Assembly: GCA_963717465.1 (NCBI GenBank)
Contig: OY970340.1
Coordinates: forward strand, 1,696,001-1,760,000
DNA: 64,000 nt
From: Candidatus Bathyarchaeota archaeon
GTDB lineage: Archaea; Thermoproteota; Bathyarchaeia; Bathyarchaeales; Bathycorpusculaceae
Direction of reading: 5' to 3'
This document shows positions 40,912 through 52,353 of the stretch, piece by piece; the first letter of the stretch is position 1, and each line of letters begins with the position of its first letter. The translations under genes were made by a program, and so were the position numbers. The notes below the pieces were generated by a model. That model worked only from the letters and a program-made list of their open reading frames with translations. It was not told the origin of the DNA and made no database searches.

Positions 40912-41098
40912 ATTAATAAAAAATCGCTCGTCGTTTTTGTCATTTTCACTTGGTCTCAGAAATACTAGCAAAAGGCGGACGGCTTGGCCTTTTCTGATTT
41001 GTATGCGAGAAACTTAAATGCTCAAAAGTTGTGCAATACCAAAACAGGGATAAGAGCATGACAGAAAAATCGCATAAGACTTGGAATATTCTTGATGC

Positions 41099-42370
41099 AT
41101 GTTCCTTCGAGGGCGACAAAATTTGAACAGAAACATCAGGTTTTTGGGTTTTGGAGCGGCAGTGAGAGCCCTTGGAGTCTCCATGCTCTATCCCTTTATC
41201 AGCATATTCCTCAACAAGGTCTTGGAAGTCAGCTACATTGACATCGGCCTGCTATTAATACTCGTAGGAGTATTTCCGCTGTTGCTCTCCCCATTCGGAG
41301 GAATGGTGACCGACAGAATCGGGAGGCGAAGCGTCTTCCTACTCACATTAGGAATTGAAGCGGCTTGTGTTGCGCTCGTTGGAGCATCGATGTTGTTTAT
41401 GTTCATCCCAGGGATTATTGCTGCGGCCGCTGTCGCAAACATAGCTGGAAGCGCCCTTGCTGGTCCCGCTCTCTCAGCCTACACTGCAGATTTAACTACG
41501 GTTGAAGAGAGAACCACAGCCTACAGTTGGCAAAGAATTGGCTTCAATGGCGGATACACGATAGGCGTAGCTGCAGGAGGCTCCTTAATCTACTTCCTCG
41601 GCTACTCCACTTCAGGGTTCCTAGCAGCACTCTTCATGGGATGCTCCGTTGTTATGCTAGCCCTAGTACTGTCCCCGTCCCCATTCGATCTTGCGCATTC
41701 CAAAGGAGATACAAGCACAGATTCCCAGTCACTCCAGCGTCCCTTGTCGGTTCGCGAGAGCTTAGAAACCTTGGCCAGAGACAGATACTTCCTCCTGCTC
41801 TGCTTAGGATTCTTCTTGGCTAGTTTGGCCACTGGCCAATGGGCTAACACGCTTCCACTTTACCTAGGATCCGTGCTAAATCTCCCAACAGTGGTGGTGG
41901 GTGTGGCGCTTGCACTCAATGGTTTAGTAGTAGTGGTAGGGCAAAACCAAGTGACGAAGTGGGCAACTGGACACATGCACACGTCAGCCGCAAATGTGTC
42001 AGTCCTTTTGTACTTTGTTTCCTACGTGATGCTTGGCGCCATTGGATTGGGCGCATACGGAGGCATGTTAGTTGCAGCCGTTATGTTGGCAATTATAGTC
42101 CTTACCCTTGGAGAGAACTTTGGTGCCATACCGATGATGACGATGCCCTCCAATCTTGCTCCACCCACAGAGATAGGCTCATACAACGGCGCCTTCGGCT
42201 TGTTCTCTGGAGCCGGATGGGTATTAGCTCCCGCACTTGGAGGCTTCGCCCTATCAGTGACGAGCAACACGCTACTGGCTTGGTTGTTGATGATGATACC
42301 CGCAGCGCCTGCAGTTGTATTGTTCATCCTGCTGGGGAAACGCCTGCCCAAAAAGGCGAATACTGTCTGA
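41099..42370 (+). CDS. MFS transporter (12 TMS)
   Basis: GGMVTDRIGRR motif A, 12 hydrophobic segments. Confidence 0.9.
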   Translation: MFLRGRQNLNRNIRFLGFGAAVRALGVSMLYPFISIFLNKVLEVSYIDIGLLLILVGVFPLLLSPFGGMVTDRIGRRSVFLLTLGIEAACVALVGASMLFMFIPGIIAAAAVANIAGSALAGPALSAYTADLTTVEERTTAYSWQRIGFNGGYTIGVAAGGSLIYFLGYSTSGFLAALFMGCSVVMLALVLSPSPFDLAHSKGDTSTDSQSLQRPLSVRESLETLARDRYFLLLCLGFFLASLATGQWANTLPLYLGSVLNLPTVVVGVALALNGLVVVVGQNQVTKWATGHMHTSAANVSVLLYFVSYVMLGAIGLGAYGGMLVAAVMLAIIVLTLGENFGAIPMMTMPSNLAPPTEIGSYNGAFGLFSGAGWVLAPALGGFALSVTSNTLLAWLLMMIPAAPAVVLFILLGKRLPKKANTV

Positions 42371-42642
42371 TTTACATTTGATTGTAGCTTCTCCATCCTG
42401 GCTGTAAATAACTTTCCATGCATTCACGCTAAGATAAAAATTAGTTTGGGGTTTGGGTTTGGGGATTAAATTTTAATGCAAAAAATTTGACCCAAAGGTC
42501 TGAGAACTGGAGAGGCGACCCAACAAAGAGGCCTATGGGAACTGTAGCACACGCTAAAATGCAAGGTAATTAGTTTATTTGTTTTCTAATAAAATTATTT
42601 AAGCAATTATTTATAATTAATAATGATAGCAGGCTGGTTTGA

Positions 42643-43239
42643 ATGATTTTCTGCTCAAGATGTGGAAAACAGACTTTAGAAAAAAATAACTACTGTGAAT
42701 ACTGTGGAAGCGAATTACCGTCAGCAGCTAAGAAGAATCATTTGGTCAATGGCATAATTATCGGGTCAGGGATAGTTTTGGTCCTTTTAGGGTTATTTGG
42801 CTGGTTTGGAAATGTTGGCGTCTTTCATTGGGTCTACGGTATATGTGTGCAAGACAGTTTGGGAACTTACTTTTATGTTCTGAGGCAGCTTCTTTTTGAG
42901 TTGAGCTTTTTTAGTGTATTTTTTCTATTTGGTATTGTTTTTCTAGTTTTAGGTTTTCTTGGAGAAAAAGGCAAAATTAATAATGTTAGGAGAAAGAAGC
43001 TGACTGCGTTGGATCGTGTGGCAGGCGGCTTGGGTGGCGGAGGAGGAGCATTATTAGGGATAACGTGGCTTGACATAATTTCAAATTATTATCTTCAAAG
43101 CCAAGATGCCTACTTGCTTTACTATGTTTATGTACCATTCGCCGCTATAGGTTTTGTAATGGTTGGGCTGAGCATCTATTTTTATTGGCGTAGTATGAAC
43201 AGAAAATTATTGAAAAATCGAACCAATAAATATGCATAA
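42643..43239 (+). CDS. Zinc-ribbon domain membrane protein
   Basis: FCSRCG..YCEYCG followed by 4 TM. Confidence 0.85.
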   Translation: MIFCSRCGKQTLEKNNYCEYCGSELPSAAKKNHLVNGIIIGSGIVLVLLGLFGWFGNVGVFHWVYGICVQDSLGTYFYVLRQLLFELSFFSVFFLFGIVFLVLGFLGEKGKINNVRRKKLTALDRVAGGLGGGGGALLGITWLDIISNYYLQSQDAYLLYYVYVPFAAIGFVMVGLSIYFYWRSMNRKLLKNRTNKYA

Positions 43240-43461
43240 TTAAAGGTATTTTGATTCAATATTTTAGCTGCTATAGCATTTTTGTCGTGTTAGTTATTTA
43301 TGGATTTTTTTGTCTGCATGTTGTATTTCTTAACGCTTGCATGCTGCAAAAGTTCTTTTCCATTTAGGTTTTCTCCTTTACCTCTTGCACGCCTTTCAGC
43401 CATAAATATCAAAAGGAAAAAGATAGTATGCTGCTTAAATGTGCTTTTTAGTAAGTTTAAG

Positions 43462-46400
43462 CTAATGTATGTTTATGTATATTTTCTTTCCATCTAGTTC
43501 AGATTCATGCCATTCAACTTGAATTTCGCTTCGGTTGCCATGTAAATATACTTTGCGAGTTCTAACTAGTCCAGCCATCTGCTCAAGATACGGCCTTAGC
43601 AAGCTGACGTTTTCTTCTTCAAGCTCAGAAATATGCGCTGATTCAAGCACTTCAGTTGGCATGAAACCCAACTCTTTACGTAGCGCTTGAACTCGCCTGG
43701 CTAAGTCTCGCATTATGCCTTCGCCGAGCAACGAGTCGTCTCTTTGCTTGCTGACGAAGATTGTTGTTTCATTTTCATTGCTGGAAACCCAGTTTTCGCC
43801 GCCCACGTTATCTGGAGTTTTCACTGAATATTCTACGTTCTTCACGTTTGTAAGTTCCAGAAATAAGTCTTCCAAATGCTTCACACTATTAATCGTCTTC
43901 TCTGGTGCAATTATGATGGCTTTGCTTAGCGGCCACCGACGCTTAAGCTTGCCCTGCTGCCTAGCAGCGTTGGATACTGATACGCATTTCAATAAGACAT
44001 CAAAATCTTCTTCCAAGCTTTTGTTGACCATTTTCTGGTTGGGAACTGGCCAAGCCTCAAAATTCACGGATTCTGGCAGTTTCGGATCAAGATGTTTGTA
44101 GACTTTCTGGTATAATGCCTCGCTAAGGTAGGGTGTGATTGGGTTGAACAGTAACGTGACAGTTTTCAGCGTGTGGTGCAATAGTGCATAGATGGTTTGT
44201 CGCCTTTCCAGGGTCTCAGGATCATCAGTCCACAGTTCTTTGCGTATCATGGGAACGTAAAGGCGACTTAATGTTTCAATGACAAAATCATCCAGAACTG
44301 CCACAGCGGTGTTGAATTCGCTTCGTTCAAGCTTTTTTGTAAATTCTTCGATTCTGTTTTGCATTTTTGACAGGAGCCACTTGTCAGCCTCTTGGAGGTT
44401 GCCTTTTTTTAGTGCCCACTCTAAGCTGTACTTTTGTGGGTTGAACTCGTCAAATACTGCGTTTTGCAAGAAGAACCTGCTTAAATGATAAAGCGTTGAC
44501 AGTACCTGGTATGATCGCCTGTTAAGTTCTTGCATGTCAAAGTTCATGAAGTCGATGGGTGAACACTTCTTCATCATGTAAAACCTGCACAGGTCTGCTG
44601 AGTTCTTTTCCAGTAGTTTGCTTGTTTCAACGACGTTGCCAAGGCTTTTACTCATCTTTCTGCCCTTTGCGTCCTGAGTTAACCCTTGGAAAAGAAACGC
44701 TTTGTAGGGTCCTTCGGGCTTCCCTGTTAGAATAACGTATTCAAGCAGGAGCGAGTTAGCCCAACCGCGTGTTTGATCAATGCCCTCAGTTAAAAAGGCG
44801 GCTGGAACAAACTTTTCAAACTCTTCATCAGTAAACCTTGCGTACGCTGAAGCACCGCTGTTGTGCCAAGTGTCCAAAACAAAATCTTCGCGCTTCATTA
44901 CTCCACTGCATTTTTCGCACTTAAGAGTTACGCGATCAACCCATGGCTTATGCAACTCAAAATTCTCAGGAACCTTCACCAATGATTTTTCAATCAATTC
45001 TTTCTTGCTTGAAACTAAATATTTATGCCCGCATTTCTCGCAAGTCCAAATCGGCAAAGGTGTCCCCCAAATTCTTTCCCGGCTGATGCACCATGGCTTG
45101 CCTTCGCGGAGGAAAGAGAAGAAACGGTTTTTCGGTTCTTCGTAAAAGTACTCTATTTTCTGGGCGGCTTCCAAAACTTTGCTGTTAATTTTATCAGTCC
45201 GCAAAAAGTATTCTTTGCGTGCAAGCCAAACCAGCTTGTGATGTGAACGCCAGCAAGTAGGGTACTCATGCTTCACTTTTTTGACTTCAACGAAAGCGTT
45301 TCTTTCACGAAGTTCTTCAACGACTAGTAAATCTGTATCCCGAGCAAAAGCACCAGTGAATTTGCCTGCGTCATTGGTGAACTTTACTTCGTCGTCATAA
45401 GGAGCAAAAATGGGTACACCTCTTCGTTGTGCAGCCCAAAAGTCGTCTTCACCGTTTCCAGGCGATAAATGCACTACGCCCGTGGCAGTGTTGACGTCAA
45501 CGAAATCTTCGCCGATGACTTTATGCACCAGAGGATGCTTGTTTTCAAGTTCAGCCTGCTTTGGAATGATGTCTTTTAATGGGTAATCGTAGGCTTTTCC
45601 TTCAAGGCTTTGACCCAGCATGGATTCGATGATTTCAAATTTTGTTATTTTTAGTTCTTGCATGACGGGTTCAACGCGCTGCTTAACCATAATCCAAGTT
45701 TCAGAACCAACTTTAACTTTAACGTACTCTGCAGTGGGTTTAACGGCTAGCATAGTGTCCGTTATAATGGTGAAGGGCATGGTTGTCCAAACAAGGAAAA
45801 ACTCATTTTCAGTGCCACTGACTTTGAATTTAAAGTACAGTGAGGGGTCTTCAACTTCCTTGTAGGAGCCTTCATAGCCTACTTCTGCGCTGCTAAGTGA
45901 AGTTTGACAGCCCGGGCAGTAAGCAACAACATAATGCCCTTCCTCCAAGAGGCCTTGATCCCACGCGCGTTTAAGATAACGCCATTCTCTTTCAATGTAA
46001 TTGTCACGGTAAGTCCAGTAGGCTTTTTTCTGGTTGATAAAAACTCCCAAAAGCTCATCTGCTTCAAGCCAGTACAGCGTGATACTTCATGATGACTTTT
46101 TTGCATTCCTCAATAAACCGCTCCTGACCATACCGCTCAACAAGCTCCCGCTTGTTCTTTACTCCCAAGATTTTCTCTACTTCTAACTCCACTGGTAAAC
46201 CTTGGCAGTCCCATCCAGCCCAAAACGGCATGTAATAGCCTTCCATGGTTTTCCATCGGTACCGAATATCCTTCATCACGCGGCCTCTTGCATGACCGAT
46301 ATGAGGAATACCGTTAAGAGTAGGTGGTCCCTCAACGTAACCTAAATTGCCCTTGCTATCCTTTTCTCTCTGCTCCAGTTTTTCTCGAATCTGGTTTTTG

Positions 46401-46492
46401 CTCCAAAAAGCTCTAATTTCTTTTTCGATTTCAAGCGGAGCATAATTTGTTGTTAAGCCTAACTCGGAATTAGTTTCACCCGTAGCAGTCAC
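43462..46492 (-). CDS. ileS: Isoleucine--tRNA ligase (archaeal/eukaryote type); +1 frameshift near 46075
   Basis: EGPPT..PHIGH, GWDCQGLPVE, WTTMP, KMSKS, DLARRVQ; removing one base gives KYHAVWLEADELLGVF. Confidence 0.96.
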
Positions 46493-46610
46493 TTTTCATC
46501 CCGTACCGCAAAATAAGGTAAAATACTATATAAAACTGTACATACGCTAGCAATGGCTTATTAGATTTTTAATGCTGCAACTGGAAAATTAATTTTTACC
46601 TTTCAAGTGA

Positions 46611-46793
46611 TCATTCAGCACCATATATCCAGTCGCAGTATCCACAACAAGGTTGGTTGCTTTTAAGCGGTTGTTTAGTTAGAGGACAAACCTGAAGTTT
46701 AACTGGGTTCATTTTTCCACAATATGGACAGACACCTTCGTCTTCAAACACGAGTTTTTCACAATACTTGCAGGGCCGTTTGTCCTTAGGCAA
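46611..46793 (-). CDS. Small Cys-rich zinc-ribbon protein
   Basis: CKYC..CPYC..C..CCGYC; AGGAG RBS. Confidence 0.7.
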   Translation of the reverse strand: MPKDKRPCKYCEKLVFEDEGVCPYCGKMNPVKLQVCPLTKQPLKSNQPCCGYCDWIYGAE

Positions 46794-46921
46794 TTATTTT
46801 TCTCCTTTTATTCCTCTCTGCCAATCTTATTGTAAAAGCCAAATCCTTTGTGCGCTTCCAACTTTTCTTTGTGTCCCCAAGCAATTTCAGATATTAGATT
46901 CGTAATTTGCATCAATGCGCC

Positions 46922-48121
46922 TTAATCTTCTTTCACTGGGCTTTTTGATAAGACTCTTTTAGCTAATGGAATAATTATTTTTGTTCGAGCGCCGCCTAAC
47001 GTGCTTTTGACCGACTTTAATTGTTTTGGAATGTCAATGTGTTGTGGGCAGCGTTTCACGCATTCCCCGCAACTCTTGCACAGTGAAGCATCAGCCGCTT
47101 TGCCGTTCATTAATCCCATTAGTGAACCTGCGTACATTGCGCGTGTCATAAGTCTGTTACCAAACATGTGATATTGATTGTAGCTTTGGAAGTTGCCGGG
47201 AATGTTGACGCCATGTTGGCAAGGCATGCAGTAAGCGCATCCCGTGCAGGGCACTTTCATCAACCGCCTATAGGTAGCAGCAACCTTACCTACTGTTGCC
47301 AGTTCATCATTGGTCATGGCGTTAGGCAAGGCAGTTTCAGCTGTTTTTATGTTTTCGGTAATCTGACTTTCCCTGTTCATTCCAGAGAGAACTACGGTTA
47401 CTTCAGGGTGATTCCAAACCCAACGTAAACTCCATTCAGCACCCGACCTTTCAAAGCCAGATTCCTTGTAAATTTGCGCTATTTCTTTTGGCAGTTCACC
47501 TGCAAGCATTCCGCCACGCAAAGGCTCCATAATCATTACAGCAAGGTTTTTTGAAGCAGCATACTTTAACCCAACAGTTCCTGCTTGAAGGATTTCATCC
47601 AGAAAATTGTATTGAATTTGGCACATTGCCCAATCATACGCGTCAACGATTTCGCTGAACGTCGCACGCATTCCGTGGAACGAGAATCCTGCGTTAACTA
47701 TTTTTCCATCAGCTTTCGCTTTGTCTAAGAATTTCACTACTTCAAAACCTTGTAGTTTTTTCCAGCTTTCCTCGTTAAGACCGTGAAGAAGGTAATAATC
47801 GATTTTGTCAAGCTGAAGCTCTTGAAGCTGGATATCTAACAATTTTGCCATATCCTCGGGCTTTCTTAGGAGGAAAGGCGTCAGTTTAGTGGCGACTTTA
47901 ACTTTTTGTCGGTACCCATCCATCAAGGCTTTTCCAAGTATTTTTTCACTTCGATAAGGTACAGCCGTATCAAGATAGTTTATTCCATTATCGATTGCAA
48001 GACGGATTTGGGCAATCGATCGTTTCTCATCAATAGCCAAACCCCTTTGGGGTAGCCGCATAGTTCCAAAACCGAGAACTGATAGTTTATCGCCGTTTTT
48101 TGGCACAGTTCTATATTGCAT
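46922..48121 (-). CDS. Aldo/keto reductase with C-terminal 2x[4Fe-4S]
   Basis: SVLGFGTMR, DTA..Y, ATK, YLLH, CTGCAYCMPC, CKSCGECVKRCP. Confidence 0.93.
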   Translation of the reverse strand: MQYRTVPKNGDKLSVLGFGTMRLPQRGLAIDEKRSIAQIRLAIDNGINYLDTAVPYRSEKILGKALMDGYRQKVKVATKLTPFLLRKPEDMAKLLDIQLQELQLDKIDYYLLHGLNEESWKKLQGFEVVKFLDKAKADGKIVNAGFSFHGMRATFSEIVDAYDWAMCQIQYNFLDEILQAGTVGLKYAASKNLAVMIMEPLRGGMLAGELPKEIAQIYKESGFERSGAEWSLRWVWNHPEVTVVLSGMNRESQITENIKTAETALPNAMTNDELATVGKVAATYRRLMKVPCTGCAYCMPCQHGVNIPGNFQSYNQYHMFGNRLMTRAMYAGSLMGLMNGKAADASLCKSCGECVKRCPQHIDIPKQLKSVKSTLGGARTKIIIPLAKRVLSKSPVKED

Positions 48122-48285
48122 TTTACATGCACTTCGATTGACTACTCGGTACAAGGCGGTCTCTTAAAGTTTGCTTAGAGAAATCCTACTAAAGCGTCGA
48201 ATTGGAATCGTGCATATTTTAACTTGAAGAATTGCTATTATTCGAAAACTGCCCACCACTAAAACCTTCGAGTCGAAAGGTTATT

Positions 48286-48858
48286 CTATAATCCTTTTGC
48301 GCAACCGAGTTTTGTGGAACCCTTACAGTTTTTTGGGCACATAATATCCACTGACTTCAGCAGTTTTTTATGGTCTTCTTTGCTTAGCCATTCGACTTTT
48401 AAGTACTCGCAAATTCTTTCCGTGCTCAAGCCTATGCGTCTTGCTTCTTTTACAACGTAATTGTAGGCTTCAATTTCTGTTGGACGATCAACATAATCAT
48501 ACTTTGGGTCAAAGAGTTCTCTGCCATCCATAAATTGCTTGACATGGCAAAGTTCATGAATTATATCCAAGTAAACGTCTGTCTTGTTGCCGTTGTTGTA
48601 GTAATTTTTGCTTATAACAAGGTGCCCATCTGAGCCGTCGACATACATGTAACCAGTAACCCATGTGAACTCAACTTTCAAGTTATCGAGGACACTTTTT
48701 GTTTTTTCTCCAAAAATCCCTCTAATTGGCTCGAGCCTGTCAAAGTTTTTAAATTGCGAGGAAAAAATCATGGTTGTGTTTCCGAAACCAAGTACATTAA
48801 CAGGAAGTTTCCTCAATAAACGAATGATCTTAAAGAGGAAATACTCTGTTGATGTCAA
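48286..48858 (-). CDS. Hypothetical zincin-like metallopeptidase (HExxH)
   Basis: IIHELCHVKQ followed by E.EA third-ligand motif. Confidence 0.75.
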   Translation of the reverse strand: MTSTEYFLFKIIRLLRKLPVNVLGFGNTTMIFSSQFKNFDRLEPIRGIFGEKTKSVLDNLKVEFTWVTGYMYVDGSDGHLVISKNYYNNGNKTDVYLDIIHELCHVKQFMDGRELFDPKYDYVDRPTEIEAYNYVVKEARRIGLSTERICEYLKVEWLSKEDHKKLLKSVDIMCPKNCKGSTKLGCAKGL

Positions 48859-48939
48859 AAACGCCGACTTCTCCCTTTTGAAATTTGACGGGTATTCAAA
48901 GTTTTCATTTTTCTTTCCCTATAATAAACGAATTGTCTG

Positions 48940-50319
48940 TTATTTGAAATTTGAAAGGTGTTCAAGCCACATTCCCTTTTGTACCAAGTCTGAAAGATCA
49001 GCTACGCTGCCGATGCTTGCATCGATGTTTCGATGAATTGGGTGACTCCACATGCCTTGTGGAGCAAGGTTAAACTGCAATGGAATCTCCGCTTTTACGC
49101 TATATTTTTCCTTTAAGTTTTTGATGAGTCTTCCTTCCCTGCAAGAATTGCGTGCGGAGACATAGCTGTGCACGAGTTGAGGTGAGGCAAATACGCCTAT
49201 GCCGTGCCAAACTGCTGCATCCTCAGGCGAGCCTAGCGCATACAAGAAGAATTGAGGCGAAGAAGGAGTTTCTTTAAAACTGTAATTCGCGAATTTTTCC
49301 CCATCAACAGTGAAGTCATCATCAGCATCTGCGATGCATACGTCAGATGGGTCAACAGAGTTAGGGTAAAGCTTAGTAGACTTGTATTTAACGCTAACAT
49401 CCCGAAGCTTACTATCAACGAAGTGTATCTTTCCTCGTGCAGCACGCTTTGAGCCAAACCCCTTCTTTGAATGAGGAACCGTAAGCAGCGTTGTCCTTTT
49501 AGTTATGCTTCTGCCCATGCAAGAGTAAGCTTCGTTTATAGCTTCCGCGTCACGGTGAGCTTGACTAATTATGTAATGCAGTACATCATCTTTTGTTTCA
49601 TTCTGCAAAGTCGAAATAGGCATGCGCAAAGAGTAAAGCGACAGGTTCATATCGAAAATTTCTGATAGCTTCTCAAGCTGAGTGTATTTTACGGCATCCA
49701 CGAAATCCAAGTAAGATTCGCCTGAGCTTGAAAGACAAGCTTGGATCATCTCCGTTTCAGCATTAGAAATTAATGTTCCAGTGTACTTTTTCAAGAACTC
49801 CGCATCTATCTTTAGCTGGCTGGTTTTAACGTAGGCTGCTGGAAAAGCGCTTTGACCGCTTGAAACAAGAGATGCCCTAAGCGGATTCATCGAGTACCTA
49901 TCAGCTTCCACGTCATCAGTATTCAGCAAGTACGGAACAATCATGCCTTCTGGCGGCTTCTTAAGAGCTTCACATAAATGCAATAAATCTTCTTTTTTAG
50001 GCTCGTGTAAGCCATTTTTGTAAAAGTAGTTTCCGCACGCCTCAAGCAGACGGACGGCTAGGATTCCTTGAACTTCTTCAATAGTTAATTGAGGATTCGT
50101 GTATTCAACTGATCCCCTTAGGAAAAAGTTCACGCCTTCAAAAGGCACGTTAACTCTTTTATCGTTAACAAACCGGAAAAGGGACACCTTTCGGCTAAGT
50201 CCCTCCACTTTTATGAATTCAAGTCTTTCAACTATTGCTTTAACGCAGGGCCATGACTTCTTCAAAAAGTCCTCCAGTAGAATACCGCAATAATCTTCAC
50301 ACTTGGATAATTGAATCAC
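48940..50319 (-). CDS. Hypothetical protein (459 aa)
   Basis: Long ORF whose GTG start overlaps the stop of the upstream GNAT; no recognised family. Confidence 0.85.
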   Translation of the reverse strand: MIQLSKCEDYCGILLEDFLKKSWPCVKAIVERLEFIKVEGLSRKVSLFRFVNDKRVNVPFEGVNFFLRGSVEYTNPQLTIEEVQGILAVRLLEACGNYFYKNGLHEPKKEDLLHLCEALKKPPEGMIVPYLLNTDDVEADRYSMNPLRASLVSSGQSAFPAAYVKTSQLKIDAEFLKKYTGTLISNAETEMIQACLSSSGESYLDFVDAVKYTQLEKLSEIFDMNLSLYSLRMPISTLQNETKDDVLHYIISQAHRDAEAINEAYSCMGRSITKRTTLLTVPHSKKGFGSKRAARGKIHFVDSKLRDVSVKYKSTKLYPNSVDPSDVCIADADDDFTVDGEKFANYSFKETPSSPQFFLYALGSPEDAAVWHGIGVFASPQLVHSYVSARNSCREGRLIKNLKEKYSVKAEIPLQFNLAPQGMWSHPIHRNIDASIGSVADLSDLVQKGMWLEHLSNFK

Positions 50320-51155
50320 CCTCTTTCAACCGATTCTGCAACATATATGCAATCCTTAGTAGTGTAAGCGCCTAAAAACATTCTTAGCAAAGAAACGCTT
50401 TCAGAAAAATCATTTTCACGCAGAAAACTTGCTATCTCAGTTTCCTTGCTTTGCAGGCACAGTGAAACATTGTAACCCTTCAGTTGACTTAAAACAGTGC
50501 GAAGAAGCATTTTTGCAGTGCTTGCCTTGTTTGACTGGCAAATCAACGGGCCAATCTCAGCAGTCTCGCCGCAAATCTTAGCAGCAACATACCCATTGAT
50601 TTTGTCTTCATCAGAGGAGAAATAACACAAATTATTCTTGCCAGAAAATATTGCCTTTAACAGTTTCTCCCTACTTGCCCCGAAATATTCGCTGTCAAAC
50701 TTGATTAAGGCAGGAAAAAATTGTTTTTTAGTTTTAGGTGCTTTCTCGCTGAAGACTAAGGGAGATTTTTTTAGTTGAAGGAAAGTAAAATTGCTATCAA
50801 ACTTAAAACCTAACTTTTCATAGAAACGTTTCAAGTCTGAATAAGTGTAAAGCCCAATTGCTTCAACGCCTCTACTCTGCAAGTAATTCACCGCATGCTT
50901 AACTAGGAGACTACCTACTCCTTCACCGCGAAATTCTTCCTTCACGATTAAATTTCCAAACCAGCCTACTTTCCCGTGACTGATGCACGTAGCTATGCCG
51001 ACGGGTTTAGAATCTTTATACGCAACAAAACAACCATGAGGTTCAAGTGAGGAAATAAATTTGAAATCTTCCAAATCGTTATTCCAGTCCATGGTGTTGG
51101 AGAGTGTGACTGCAAAAGGAAAGTCTTCATTACGCATCGGCTTTACATGAAACAT
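50316..51155 (-). CDS. Tandem-GNAT acetyltransferase (YitH-like)
   Basis: FRGEGVGSLL, FYEKLGF, second domain FD..YFGASR..IGPL. Confidence 0.88.
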   Translation of the reverse strand: MFHVKPMRNEDFPFAVTLSNTMDWNNDLEDFKFISSLEPHGCFVAYKDSKPVGIATCISHGKVGWFGNLIVKEEFRGEGVGSLLVKHAVNYLQSRGVEAIGLYTYSDLKRFYEKLGFKFDSNFTFLQLKKSPLVFSEKAPKTKKQFFPALIKFDSEYFGASREKLLKAIFSGKNNLCYFSSDEDKINGYVAAKICGETAEIGPLICQSNKASTAKMLLRTVLSQLKGYNVSLCLQSKETEIASFLRENDFSESVSLLRMFLGAYTTKDCIYVAESVERG

Positions 51156-51222
51156 AATTATACTTTAAATTAAGAAGGACTTAAGTGTAATCATAATTTA
51201 GCTAAACCCTCGTTTGTAAAAC

Positions 51223-52287
51223 TTATTTTAATTTTTTAGCTTTTTCCCAAGCGTTAGCGATTCCAGCTTTCGTTAAGACTCCTGCGATTTTGGTTGGTTC
51301 TTCCTTTTTAAGGACAGGTAAAAGATCTATGTTTTCCTGGTTCATAATTTTGGATGCTTCAGTAACAGGTCCATCGTCAAATACGCTTATTCTTCTTAAC
51401 GGAGACTCTTCGACTTTTATGTATATTCTTTGTTCAGCTGATACCTTCATTACTTCACTCCAAGTTAAGATGCCTTGGAACTGTTGCTCTTTTTCAACTA
51501 TAACGTCATTGTAACGTAGCTGGAACATTACTTGCTGAGCTTCCGCAATATTTTGTTCAGAATTTATTATTCCAACCTTTGGCTGCATTACGTCGCTAAC
51601 TCGAATTTTCGCCATGTTGGCAGTAGCGATTGTTTGTTCGGATTCTTCTGATGCGCCTAAGTAAACGAAAATACCGATTAAGACAAGCCAAAAATTCCAA
51701 ATAAACCCAACAATTACGAAAACTACGCCGAAAATCTTTCCCACATATACGGAATATTTGGTTGCATCAGAGTAGTTGATTTTTTTTGAAAGTAAAGCCC
51801 GAAAAACTCTTCCTCCGTCCATAGGCAGTGCTGGAATCAGATTGAAGAAGCCAAGAAGCACGTTCAAGCTTGCCAAGTCGAATAGGAATCTTTCTACAAG
51901 CGACAGGTAGGGTGAAATTATGGTTGTTGACTGCAAAGTTACAAGTTGGCTTGCGGCGAAAAGTGCTGCTCCGAGTGCTAAGCTTGTTAATGGTCCAGAG
52001 AGAGCCAATCGCCATTCAATAGATGGATTTTCTGAAATTTCCTCAATTTCTGACACGCCGCCTATCGGGTACAAAACGATTTTGCGAACTTTTATGCTGT
52101 AATGTTTTGCAACGATTGAATGGGCGAGTTCATGAAAGAATACAAATACAAATAGAAATATGGTCAGAACTGGGTAATAGAAATTTGGATAAAAGATTAC
52201 GAAAAATGCGATAATTAATATGAGAAATGTTAAGTGTAGCTCGATTGGTATTCCTAAGATTGAGCCAATTTTAAAAGAATATTTCAT
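51223..52287 (-). CDS. Site-2 protease (M50) with CBS pair
   Basis: HELAH, SGP, NLIPALPMDGG, C-terminal CBS domains. Confidence 0.94.
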   Translation of the reverse strand: MKYSFKIGSILGIPIELHLTFLILIIAFFVIFYPNFYYPVLTIFLFVFVFFHELAHSIVAKHYSIKVRKIVLYPIGGVSEIEEISENPSIEWRLALSGPLTSLALGAALFAASQLVTLQSTTIISPYLSLVERFLFDLASLNVLLGFFNLIPALPMDGGRVFRALLSKKINYSDATKYSVYVGKIFGVVFVIVGFIWNFWLVLIGIFVYLGASEESEQTIATANMAKIRVSDVMQPKVGIINSEQNIAEAQQVMFQLRYNDVIVEKEQQFQGILTWSEVMKVSAEQRIYIKVEESPLRRISVFDDGPVTEASKIMNQENIDLLPVLKKEEPTKIAGVLTKAGIANAWEKAKKLK

Positions 52288-52353
52288 AAATTTTCTTCTT
52301 AAGTAAACTTAATTTGTTTAGAAGATATATTATTATTTATTGAGGGATATGTT

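Noticed and set aside
37300..43400. Classical integron cassette array
   Set aside because: No intI, no RYYYAAC..GTTRRRY attC structures recognised, genes are in mixed orientation with long spacers.
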